DNA of 64,000 bases from an uncultured Nitrospiraceae bacterium (GTDB taxonomy: Bacteria; Nitrospirota; Thermodesulfovibrionia; Thermodesulfovibrionales; UBA6898). Positions 1-8,890 of the stretch are shown one piece after another. Position numbers and translations under genes: made by a program. The stretch is taken from assembly GCA_963811165.1 (NCBI GenBank), contig CAWEQH010000004.1, forward strand, positions 416,001 to 480,000, given 5' to 3'. Every line of letters begins with the position of its first letter. The stretch's first letter is position 1. The notes beneath the pieces are model-generated. The model was not told the origin of the DNA and made no database searches. It saw only the letters and a list, made by a program, of their open reading frames with translations.

Positions 1-43
1 TGCACCCATGTATGCCAGTTTCTTTGTATAGTTTGTCTTTCAT
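1..43 (-). CDS. 5' end of a small protein gene running off the window edge (probable indel near the start)
   Basis: ATG at 43-41 preceded by AGGAGG on the minus strand. Removing one A gives MKTNYTKKLAYMGA. A sigma54-type promoter lies upstream. Confidence 0.4.
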   Translation of the reverse strand, partial: MKDKLYKETGIHGC

Positions 44-81
44 CTTCTTGTCCTCCTTCTTATGTTCTTGCAAATATATAG

Positions 82-97
82 TGCATTCCCCATGCCA
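82..97 (-). promoter_or_regulatory. sigma54 (-24/-12) promoter
   Basis: Minus strand TGGCATGGGGAATGCA has GG-N10-GC spacing, about 40 bp upstream of the ATG at 43. Confidence 0.55.
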
Positions 98-352
98 ATA
101 CTAACTCGCCGATTCTAAATGATTCCTCACTCCAATCCCAATGCATTCCCGCAAATCCTTTTGCATCTGTGCAAAAATAAGCGATCGGAGAAACTGTCAA
201 GAGTAACCATTTGTTTACGGTTGAACATAGAGTTTTCTCAGTTCTTCCGCCGGCAATAATACTATTCGCTTTCTATATGTGATAGCCTATAACTAGTTAA
301 TCAGCATCTTGTGATCTGAGCGTCCCTGACGTCGGAAAGACAGGTAACTCCT

Positions 353-1000
353 ATGAAGGAAAAGAGAGCATATCCGAGATTCTCCGTCGAAGAACTGGAT
401 CTCCGGACCTCAACTGTGGTTTCAACAGAGGTCGACATTCATGATATCAGCCCTACCGGGGTCGCCGTCAGCGGACCAAAGAGGCTCAACATCGGCCGGG
501 AATACACCCTTAACCTTGGAGGTCAAGACGATATGCTCCCTGTCGTGGGTATTGTTAAGTGGGAGGTATTGGCGGGAAACAGAATGGCGTCGCAGGAAGA
601 AGTTGTCCCCATCTATTTGGCTGGGATTGAATTTAAAGATGTCTTGACGGAAAAGGCGGCGCACCTCATAGATTTCATAAAGAAAATCGTCGACGTAAAG
701 GATGAGAGGCTCAACGGCATCAGGGTTAAAATCCGCACACATGAAAAGGCGGTCCTCCGTTGCATGGAGACATACTCAGTCAAGTTGATAAGCCTCGGCG
801 GCATGCTAATAAAGACAAAGCACGGACTGCCCGTGGAAGACGTATTCCCGATGGAACTCACCTTCCCTGACGACGACATCCCAATACATTTCAGGGGAAA
901 GATCGCCTGCTGTCAGGAGATACAGACAGAGGGTGTCAGGCATTACAAAACAGGGATCGAGTTCATCGATATGGAGATGGGGGACAGGTCGAAGGATTGA
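353..1000 (+). CDS. PilZ domain protein (tandem PilZ, c-di-GMP receptor)
   Basis: RxxxR (RAYPR) and DxSxxG (DISPTG) motifs, a second degenerate PilZ half (LISLGG) and GIEF C-terminal strands. Confidence 0.8.
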   Translation: MKEKRAYPRFSVEELDLRTSTVVSTEVDIHDISPTGVAVSGPKRLNIGREYTLNLGGQDDMLPVVGIVKWEVLAGNRMASQEEVVPIYLAGIEFKDVLTEKAAHLIDFIKKIVDVKDERLNGIRVKIRTHEKAVLRCMETYSVKLISLGGMLIKTKHGLPVEDVFPMELTFPDDDIPIHFRGKIACCQEIQTEGVRHYKTGIEFIDMEMGDRSKD

Positions 1001-1082
1001 GGCCTTTGTAGATCTTCTTTAGGGGATTTTCCTTGTGCTGCGCGGCAAGGACAATATCTAGATTCGTCTCGCAAGGCCCCTG

Positions 1083-1200
1083 ATGAATAAGGGCCATGTT
1101 CCTGAAGGGAAAGGGCAGGATCTATGCAATCCCCGAGCTTGAGGGAAAGCTTCCCAATGTCAAGATGTCACACGAGGCCGCTGTTGGAAAGATTGAGATT
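1083..1200 (+). pseudogene. Remnant of a SufB/SufD (SmsB)-family C-terminus
   Basis: The frame from 1114 reads GRIYAIPELEGKLPNVKMSHEAAVGKIE, the SufBD HEAAxG motif also seen in 25905..26840. No intact upstream gene. Confidence 0.6.
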
Positions 1201-1204
1201 GTTT

Positions 1205-1421
1205 TTATTAGAACCTATCTCAAAATCGAAATAATATCATTAGCCGGTAGTTTGTCATTCCGGCTTGTCCGATAACCCCTCCCTGCCTCCCCTTATCAGG
1301 GGAGGATCCGCCCCTTCCCCCTTGATAAGGGGGGTAGAGGGGGGTTGGATTCCCGACGCGCTTCGCTTGCGGGAATGACAGATTTAAAAACGAGACCCTA
1401 TTTTGAGATAGGTCCTAATAA
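1205..1421. mobile_element. MITE-like element with 22-bp terminal inverted repeats enclosing nested palindromes
   Basis: TTATTAGAACCTATCTCAAAAT (1205-1226) versus ATTTTGAGATAGGTCCTAATAA (1400-1421), 1 mismatch. Non-coding interior. Confidence 0.65.
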
Positions 1422-1434
1422 GTTATAGGGTATT

Positions 1435-1546
1435 ATGTTTACGCCATCATACATTGAAGCCCATCGGACCGGAAGGCTCGTCGACAGCATAAAAGAGTCT
1501 TACAAGATTCTTGAAAATTGCTGCCTTTGCCCCCGCAGGTGTGAAG
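1435..1546 (+). pseudogene. PflX-like radical SAM protein, N-terminal part (interrupted by IS256)
   Basis: MFTPSYIEAHRTGRLVDSIKESYKILENCCLCPRRCE joins in frame with (V)NRLVGEKGICGTG after the IS. Confidence 0.85.
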
Positions 1547-2968
1547 GAAGTTGTCCCGTCCTTTTGTTGAAGTAGAAAGGACCCCGGTTCATTATCCTAA
1601 GCTGCGGCCTCCTTTCTGTCAATGGATTTTTGCTGCAAGGCAGCAATGAGTTTTGGGATTTCCTTATAGCCCTTCACACGCTTAAATTTCTTTTCGGCCC
1701 TTAAGAGGGAAGCTACCGCCCACCTCTGGACCATATCATCGCCCCTCCATCGTTTAACCCTGCCGGTGATCGTCCTTGTCACCGAGAAACAGGACTCTAT
1801 GGGATTGGTCGTCTGGAGAGTCTTCCTCAAGAAGCCCCGTAACTCCAAGCTTGTGTACGGTCAGCGTCTCCTCAAGTCCCTCTTTCAGCGAGGCTGCAGC
1901 GCTCGGGTTCAGCTTCTCAAGATACTTCACCGTCAATTCCAGTGACTTCTTGGCATCGTCATAATCCGCCATCTTGTATGCTGCGCTGATGCGGGCATCT
2001 ATGGCGTGCTGGTGCTCCTTGGGAAGATGATCAAGCACGTTTCTCCGCTTATGCTGCTGGCATCTCTGTACTGCCACATTTGTGCCGAACATCTTGGAAA
2101 CAGCCGATCTCAGGGCCTTCGAACCATCAAGGACAAACAGATAATCCTTCCCGGTGTTCAGCCCTCGCCTGGCTATGTCCTCAAGGAGACTCGTGCATAC
2201 AGTGGCGTTCTCCGTGGCCCCCTGCCAGAGCCCCAGGACATGCTTTCTGCCGCCCTTGTCCAGGCCCAAAGCCACGACAAGCAGATGCCCCTTGAATGCT
2301 ATGCCGTCGATAAATATCGCAACAAGGTCAAGCCCGGCAGAGGTCCCTCTCCAGAAACTCCCTCATCTGTTCCGCCGTAGCCTTCACAAAATGCCTGCTT
2401 ACACTGGATTTCTTTATGCCATAGCCTTTGACGAAGCCCTCAACCGCCTCCTCATAATTGCGGCTCGATATGCCAAGGACCATATTCTTCATTACCGAGT
2501 TCCTCATGCCCCTGGGATCCCGGAAAGCCTGAAACGTTGCAAGCGGAATCTCCTTGTTGTCCTTGCCTCTTAGACGAGGACGGTCTATCAGCACCTTCTG
2601 CTTGTCGTAATATACCGGGCTGAGATCGCTGCCCCACCAATTGGCTGCCCTTAAAGGATTCTTTGAGTCCTTAGCGCCCAGCTATCATCTCGCACTCAGA
2701 ATCCATCGCCGCCGACATGAGCAACAGCCCCGCCTCCTGCGCCAACTCCCTGATTACCTCAGGCAGGCTCTCGATAACCCCAGCCACCGGCAAGGGAAGT
2801 TCCAACAATACACTCCCATCGCCGATCTCCCTTACTTTTCCGTTTGCCTTTTTCTGCATATTCCGATATCTTTTCTTCATAGAAAGCGATCTCCTTTTAG
2901 TTTTTGATCTGGTAATCAATTCTAATCGGGGGTCGCTTCCTACTTCAACAACTTACAGGGGCATCTTC
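1547..2968 (-). mobile_element. IS256-family insertion sequence
   Basis: Imperfect TIRs GAAGTTGTCCCGTCCTTTTGTTGAAGTAG and (rc) GAAGATGCCCCTGTAAGTTGTTGAAGTAG. 9-bp TSD GGTGTGAAG at 1538-1546 and 2969-2977. Confidence 0.9.
1597..2880 (-). pseudogene. IS256 (Mutator-type) transposase, frameshifted into several ORFs
   Basis: Motifs LGISSRNY, LDGSKAL, QRCQQHKRRN and TTNPIES lie in different frames (real decay or sequencing indels). Confidence 0.85.
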
Positions 2969-2977
2969 GGTGTGAAG

Positions 2978-3807
2978 TCAACAGGCTGGTGGGTGAGAAA
3001 GGTATTTGTGGTACCGGACGGGCAGCCATGGTGTCGAGCTTCACTCCTCATTTTGGAGAGGAAGACCCTCTGGTGGGGACCGACGGCTCCGGGACCATCT
3101 TTATGACCAATTGCAATCTCCTCTGTGTGTTCTGTCAAAACTGGGAGATCAGCCATCTCGGCGAAGGAAGCGAAGTGGACTCTAAAACCCTCGCCGGCAT
3201 GATGCTGCAACTCCAAAGGCTGGGATGCCATAACATCAATTTCGTTACCCCAACGCACGTAGTCCCTCAGATACTCGATGCCCTGGCTTATGCCGTAGAC
3301 AGCGGTCTCAATGTACCTCTTGTCTACAATACCGGAGGCTATGATTCGGTTGGAACCCTGAAACTTCTGGAAGGGGTTTTTGATATTTATATGCCTGACT
3401 TTAAATTCTGGGACCCTGAGATGGCCCGCAGGTATTTGAAGGCCCCGGATTATCCGGATAGGGCCAAAGATGCTATAAGGGAAATGCATCGGCAGGTGGG
3501 TGATCTCGCCTTGAATGACAAAGGCATCGCGCAAAAGGGGGTCCTCCTGCGCCACCTCGTCATGCCGGAAGGTGTAGCAGGGACGAGAGAGATCATGCGT
3601 TTTATCGCCAGAGAAATCTCACCTGACACGTATGTAAATATAATGGATCAATATCATCCGTGCGGCAAAGCAAGCAAATATCCACCGCTCGACCGCTGTA
3701 TTACCCATGATGAATATGAGGAGGCTCTGAGAGCGGCCCGTGAAGAAGGCATAAGAAGATTTGATAGACGAGAAAGACGGATGAGAATTATTCCCCGGAC
3801 ATGGTGA
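2978..3807 (+). pseudogene. PflX-like radical SAM protein, C-terminal part
   Basis: HFGEE, GSGTIF, CNLLCVFCQN (CxxxCxxC), HNINFVTPTH, YMPDFK and RHLVMP motifs. Confidence 0.85.
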
Positions 3808-4115
3808 ACCATCCTAAGGTCTGTGGTTGTAGTTGCCACCACGTGACCTGACGGACAATGTCTGAAAAGATCGGCATAAGTGCACTCCTACAAAAAAACA
3901 GAATTGAAAAACTATGTTTATCGGTTGGTTCTCACAGTAACTAACACTCTCGATCACCCCGATTAGACTGAAGAGTACAAGTTGGATTGCTCAGCCAAAT
4001 ACCAAAATGCCAAGCCTGATAATCATATAAAAGGCACCTCCTGAGCATACTGGGTAGTAATTCTGACCTGATATGCTTAGGAAAAGAGACCAATCTCAAC
4101 CTATGGAGGTGCCTT

Positions 4116-5135
4116 ATGAAATTGTACGCGGGAATCGATCTTCATTCAAGCAGCAGTTATCTGGCAATTATTGACGACAAGGGAGTACGGAAGTATAGAA
4201 AAAAACTCCCCAACAACCTTGAAGGAATTCTTCACGAGATGAAGCTGTACAAGAAAGGGATGGCGGGAGTTGTGGTGGAATCGACATACAACTGGTACTG
4301 GCTAGTAGACGGATTGGAGGCAGCGGGGTATGCCGTGCATCTTGCGAATCCCTCGGCGATACAGAAATATAGCGGTCTGAAACATGCCGATGACAAACAC
4401 GATGCCTTCTGGCTTGCTGAGATGCTGAGACTGGGGATCTTGCCCGAGGGCTATATTTATCCGAAGGAGGAGCGTCCATTGCGAGACCTATTGAGGAAAC
4501 GAGGCCACCTGGTAAGACTGAGGACTTCCCTCATTATCAGTCTTCAGAACATCATCAGCAGAAACTGTGGAATCAGGCTCAACGTCAACGATGCCAAACG
4601 GCTCAAAGAGAATCGCGTGACGCCTCATCTTGAGAAAAATGAAGATCTTCGTTTGGCAGGCGCTGTCAGCAAAGAGTCAATCGATTTTCTCACTCGGCAG
4701 ATCAAGAGTATAGAGAAGGTCATCGAGCCAAAGATCGAACTCAAAGATCAGTATAGACAACTCCTCTCTATGCCGGGGATCGGGAAGGTCCTTGCCTTGA
4801 CCATTATGCTTGAGACCGGCCCGATATGCCGGTTCAAAAAAGTTGGTAACTATGTATCATACTGCAGGAAGGTGGGCTCCCAGTGGACCAGTAATGGCAA
4901 GACTAAGGGAAAAGGGAATAAGAAAAACGGCAATAAATATCTGGCATGGGCGTTTTCCGAGGCAGCGGAACTTGCTCGACGGTATGATGCTCAAGTAAGA
5001 GCTTACTATAACCGGAAACTGCAAAAGAGCAATCTCATGGTGGCCCATAGTGCCCTTGCGCACAAGCTTGCACGGGCAGCGTATTACATTATGAGAGATG
5101 AGGTGCCTTTTATGACGGAAAAGTTGTTTTCATAA
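4116..5135 (+). CDS. IS110-family transposase/recombinase (DEDD RuvC-like plus Tnp20 domain)
   Basis: GIDLH, VVEST, DDKHDAFWLA, PGIG and SNGK catalytic-region motifs. SD GGAGG. Confidence 0.92.
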   Translation: MKLYAGIDLHSSSSYLAIIDDKGVRKYRKKLPNNLEGILHEMKLYKKGMAGVVVESTYNWYWLVDGLEAAGYAVHLANPSAIQKYSGLKHADDKHDAFWLAEMLRLGILPEGYIYPKEERPLRDLLRKRGHLVRLRTSLIISLQNIISRNCGIRLNVNDAKRLKENRVTPHLEKNEDLRLAGAVSKESIDFLTRQIKSIEKVIEPKIELKDQYRQLLSMPGIGKVLALTIMLETGPICRFKKVGNYVSYCRKVGSQWTSNGKTKGKGNKKNGNKYLAWAFSEAAELARRYDAQVRAYYNRKLQKSNLMVAHSALAHKLARAAYYIMRDEVPFMTEKLFS

Positions 5136-5139
5136 TAGG

Positions 5140-5400
5140 ATGGCTGGAACGGTGAACCTGTGCAGCGGGGTTGGAAAAACCACTAAGCCTGATTGGAAGC
5201 CGTTCCACCCGGATTGCAGCATCGTTACTGCCCATGTCGCGAGCCTAAACGGGGCTGGTTAATAACCACGAGACCTGTAATCATACACTTGGACGCGATA
5301 TGGAACCGAAGATTTTCTGGGTCGCTGATAGGCGGCAAGGGAGCTGGATATGAAGCTCATCCGGTGTCCTTAATCCTGATGGGTGACTGGTGCAGTATAC
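5140..5400 (+). ncRNA. Putative bridge RNA / seekRNA of the IS1111-type element
   Basis: Stem TGGAACGG (5145-5152) / CCGTTCCA (5200-5207) encloses GCGGGGT (rc of the right flank) and AAGCCTGA (left flank). ATGGGTGA (5379-5386) matches the element's right end. Boundaries approximate. Confidence 0.7.
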
Positions 5401-5551
5401 GCTGACACCAAAATGATTGAAAACATCGGCAAGGGTAATGGTTCGGCAACCGGCGTATGCAGTGCAAGAAAAAATCCTTGTTAAAAAGGATATGGTGAAT
5501 ATTTTGTTCTTGACACGGTGCCTTTTAATGGGTGACCCCGCCATACCTCTT

Positions 5552-6238
5552 TCATCCATATATCACTATTGAATTGGTTTCGGGATCTAGGGCAACCCTA
5601 TCCCCTCTTCTTTTTTCTCCAGAGTACAAATGATCATCCAGAGAATATGCCACTAGAGGCCTAAGACTTCTGCCCGCATATTCAAGTGTCTTGAACAGAT
5701 AACCGATAAATGAGCCCGAATAACGGTAGCGGCGGATACAGCCCTCGATACGCACCTGAATCATATCGTCAAGCCCTTCCCAGCACGATATCTTTGGGTA
5801 CTGCTCGATCCACTCATCGATAGTGAGCCTGACCAATTTAATAATTTCTCGTTTAGCAGCTACGTTTCCTTGTTGAGCGATTCTTACCAGCGCAATGCTG
5901 ATGATATCCCGTATCTGCCTATCGTGGGCATCTGCCGGAGATAGAAACGTATAAAGTTTGTCGTGGTATTTTCTCAGAATAATCTCAACCACCCTTTTGC
6001 CTCTGATGCCTGCTGGAAGTCTGCCCCTGCGTGACGTCTGCCATCTTCGCTGTAATTTGCGGTCCAAAGCACGCGTGAATTTATCCCAATCTATGCCGCC
6101 GCTTTCAGCTCTAATGTTTTTCTGAATGAAACGATAAACATCTGGAGCATGTTGTCGTATCCAGGAACTGCAAAATGTATTGGGCTTTATCGCCCTGAGA
6201 AGCCTGTTTATTGCTCTAACTGAAGAGGCAAAATCCAT
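5552..6238 (-). CDS. Hypothetical basic protein (C-terminal half loosely sigma-factor region 2-like)
   Basis: 228-aa ORF co-oriented with the defence genes. No confident family. Confidence 0.6.
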   Translation of the reverse strand: MDFASSVRAINRLLRAIKPNTFCSSWIRQHAPDVYRFIQKNIRAESGGIDWDKFTRALDRKLQRRWQTSRRGRLPAGIRGKRVVEIILRKYHDKLYTFLSPADAHDRQIRDIISIALVRIAQQGNVAAKREIIKLVRLTIDEWIEQYPKISCWEGLDDMIQVRIEGCIRRYRYSGSFIGYLFKTLEYAGRSLRPLVAYSLDDHLYSGEKRRGDRVALDPETNSIVIYG

Positions 6239-6258
6239 GAAATTAGCTGTCCGACAAT

Positions 6259-6600
6259 TTACTTCTTTCTGTGGACCTCATCATGACAAATAGTGCAAAG
6301 CGTAATTAAATTCTCTGCCGTGTTTTGCCCGGCTTTGGCGTGCTGTTGGATATGATGAAGCTCCAAATGACGCGGATCGGACGGATTCCATTCTGCATGA
6401 CTCCACCGGCATTTTGTACATCTATATTCATCTCGCCTCATTACGGCAGACCTGACAGGGTCAGGAATTCTTCTATCGTGCTCAGGGCTTTGTCTGAGGG
6501 ATTCAAGGACATACGCCCCGACTGCCAAATCTGGCCTACCGGTATTTTTTGTAATAATTGGCCAGCCGAATTCCGTTCTTAACTCACGTACGCGGCGCCC
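6259..6600 (-). pseudogene. C-terminal fragment of an HNH restriction endonuclease
   Basis: RRVRELRTEFGWP...RDEYRCTKC...LELHH...NLITLCTICHDEVH. The frame opens right after the upstream stop with no proper start. Confidence 0.7.
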
Positions 6601-6603
6601 GAC

Positions 6604-6849
6604 TTAGAATCCTAATTCTCCGTCCTCCATCTCCAGGGCTAAAGAAAGAGCTAAAGCATTTGATAACATAAAGCTTCCATAGTCTTTTGCAAGGCGCAAT
6701 AAATGATCCGCAGCTTTTGGGCTCCAATCTCCATGACTTGAGAGCAATACCTTAATTTTTTCAGGATCACGTATTCCTTTGTCAGTTTTTTTCATTATAA
6801 GGGAGCGATATTCATCCGTCAGTGATTTGATATACTCAGGATTTTCCAT
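6604..6849 (-). CDS. Small hypothetical protein (81 aa)
   Basis: ATG at 6849 with an AGGAG SD: MENPEYIKSL...EDGELGF. Confidence 0.6.
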   Translation of the reverse strand: MENPEYIKSLTDEYRSLIMKKTDKGIRDPEKIKVLLSSHGDWSPKAADHLLRLAKDYGSFMLSNALALSLALEMEDGELGF

Positions 6850-6869
6850 GCGCCTCTCCTTTCTAAAAC

Positions 6870-7652
6870 TTATTTTTGAAAAACATTTTTGCGGTGCCAT
6901 TCCAAATGACTCTGTGACGGCAGAAATCTTCGCGGTCTGATAATTGGTGCACCTTGATAACAGCAAATCATTTCTTTAATTCTTTTTTCGCCAGACCGCA
7001 GTAGCCGAGTCGAGATCATGATCGAAAGATCGTTTGATATAGTAATAAGCCCGTTATCGAACAGTCGGTCAAATGTGGCGCTTAGACACAAGCCATTATG
7101 TGGATCTGTGCGAAATCGCTCGTCTTTGCTCCAAGGAAGAATGTGACTAGCAACAAGACATTCTCGAACACTCAAACCCGTTATACAGCAACTGTTCTCA
7201 TAACTGCTTAGTACTGTTTCTCGAAAGAAAGCTTGATGTATACGAGCCTTTGCCTTTGCTTCTTTTTCTGATGGACCCTTTGGCAAAGCAAAGTCCTCCT
7301 CTAGGTCTGCCATTACTTTCTCCTTTATTGGGAGCCTATCACGTAATCGTCTTTCTTCGAGAACCAATTGGTTCCAGTTGCTATTAAACTCATCCCATAT
7401 TTCTCGGTCTAGCTTGCTTGCATGAGCAAGTCCTGTTATATGCTGTCGTCCTAGTTCGGGATCGAACGAGCCGAAATTTCCTAACTTTCTCGCAACACTC
7501 GCAGGTGACCTGTTCAGTGCCTTGGCCAATGTTATCACCTCAGGATTATTCGCTTTCGTTTTCTTGAAAGGAATCCGACAATACAATCCAAATGCAAGAA
7601 TCAATTCGTCTCGATTCCAAAGTGAGCCATACTTCTCGGGCCGTCCTTTCAT
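6870..7652 (-). CDS. HNH endonuclease (putative restriction endonuclease)
   Basis: CCITG...LVASHILPWS...NGLCLSATFDRLFDNGLI, with an N-terminal WxRDELILA...RSPASVARKLGNF domain. Confidence 0.85.
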   Translation of the reverse strand: MKGRPEKYGSLWNRDELILAFGLYCRIPFKKTKANNPEVITLAKALNRSPASVARKLGNFGSFDPELGRQHITGLAHASKLDREIWDEFNSNWNQLVLEERRLRDRLPIKEKVMADLEEDFALPKGPSEKEAKAKARIHQAFFRETVLSSYENSCCITGLSVRECLVASHILPWSKDERFRTDPHNGLCLSATFDRLFDNGLITISNDLSIMISTRLLRSGEKRIKEMICCYQGAPIIRPRRFLPSQSHLEWHRKNVFQK

Positions 7653-7656
7653 CTAT

Positions 7657-8781
7657 TCAAACCTCCCCACGTGGACTGAAAGAATCAGGAAAACTCTGAA
7701 GTCTTGCAGCCTCCCTGTGCGTTATGGGGCGGTGTTGCCCTGGATGGAGATATCGGCCTTTTTCAGGCTTAAAAAACTCCGTCCTGATTGTAAAGGCAGG
7801 TCTGTCCCACCATAATCGGCCAAATAGATCGGTGCCGCCTGTTTTTTTTCTTATCCAGCATCCCGGCGTTAAGTCTGGAGCCCGTTTCAACAGATCAAAA
7901 CGGTTCATGCCCTCTTTCGGTATAGCCCTGTAACGCTTTACGCTGAGCGGTGTCGGAGACCTGCCGAAATGAAGGTCCAAAGGCGGCGCTTCATAGCGAA
8001 TATCGGTCCCGACAGGAGGGGGCAAATCTCCAATCAGATCTCTGACTGTCCTCCATCTTTGAGGCGTCGAAAGATAATCTTCTTTGTCGAATAAATTTAT
8101 AGTCGGCTGCCGTCCGTTTCCGTTGGGGTTGAAATGAGTTTTTCTGGGCGGAAATATAAAATTAGGATCTGATATTTTCGACCCTATTATAAAGGCTCGC
8201 CAACGAGTTTGAGGTACGCCATAATCCGCTGCACACAACTTACCATGACATATTTTATTAAATCCGAGTTTAGCAGCCATACCGACTATTTCGCCATGTT
8301 CGAAGCTGCCGAGAATTTGCGGAACATTCTCTATGACAAACACTTTTGCTCCCGACCTTTCGACTACTTCCAAAAAAGGCCTCCACAATTGATTCCGGGG
8401 ATCATCTTCCCTGTTTTTATTAAGTAAGCTGAACCCTTGGCACGGAGGGCCTCCGATGACGACATCTGCGCGCGGTATTTCTACAGAGGGCTCATTCAGC
8501 AGGTCGACAATGTCGCCTTGCACACAATGATCGCCGAAATTTTCATTATATGTATCTATGCAGTATTTATTATTGTCATTGGCCCACACCGACTTGAAAT
8601 GATGGCCGAAACTCTCGGTGAACCCGAGAGTCATTCCACCGGCACCACAGAAAAGATCAATTAATTTGAACCGTTTACTTGGTTTTGTGAGTTTGTTTTT
8701 AGCTCGGGCTTTGTAGGTAGCCTGATCTTCCTTTATGAGATGCTTCTTGATTGAACTATTACTTTTATATCTTATGGCCAT
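7657..8781 (-). CDS. DNA (cytosine-5) methyltransferase, C-terminally truncated
   Basis: Motifs I (DLFCGAGG), IV (GPPCQGFS), VI (ENV), VIII (QTRWR) and IX (REAARLQSFP) present. Motif X (GNAV) absent. Confidence 0.9.
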   Translation of the reverse strand: MAIRYKSNSSIKKHLIKEDQATYKARAKNKLTKPSKRFKLIDLFCGAGGMTLGFTESFGHHFKSVWANDNNKYCIDTYNENFGDHCVQGDIVDLLNEPSVEIPRADVVIGGPPCQGFSLLNKNREDDPRNQLWRPFLEVVERSGAKVFVIENVPQILGSFEHGEIVGMAAKLGFNKICHGKLCAADYGVPQTRWRAFIIGSKISDPNFIFPPRKTHFNPNGNGRQPTINLFDKEDYLSTPQRWRTVRDLIGDLPPPVGTDIRYEAPPLDLHFGRSPTPLSVKRYRAIPKEGMNRFDLLKRAPDLTPGCWIRKKTGGTDLFGRLWWDRPAFTIRTEFFKPEKGRYLHPGQHRPITHREAARLQSFPDSFSPRGEV

Positions 8782-8890
8782 AACTCACTTGCTGTATTAT
8801 AGAATATTTTCAGTAAGACAGGTGAACGGAGATGCGCTTTAAGGACGGGAAGATTACAACGTCCTTGACGGAATTCCGGGGTGCTTGTAA

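Larger units (their letters stand above)
4020..5535 (+). mobile_element. IS110-family element, IS1111-type (sub-terminal IRs, long 3' non-coding end)
   Basis: Sub-terminal IR TAAAAGGCACC (4028-4038) / GGTGCCTTTTA (5517-5527). TGA core at both junctions (4017-4019, 5533-5535). About 400 bp non-coding region after the transposase. Confidence 0.8.

Noticed and set aside
5193..5559. Short ORFs in the IS110 3' region
   Set aside because: Better explained as the structured non-coding guide RNA region.
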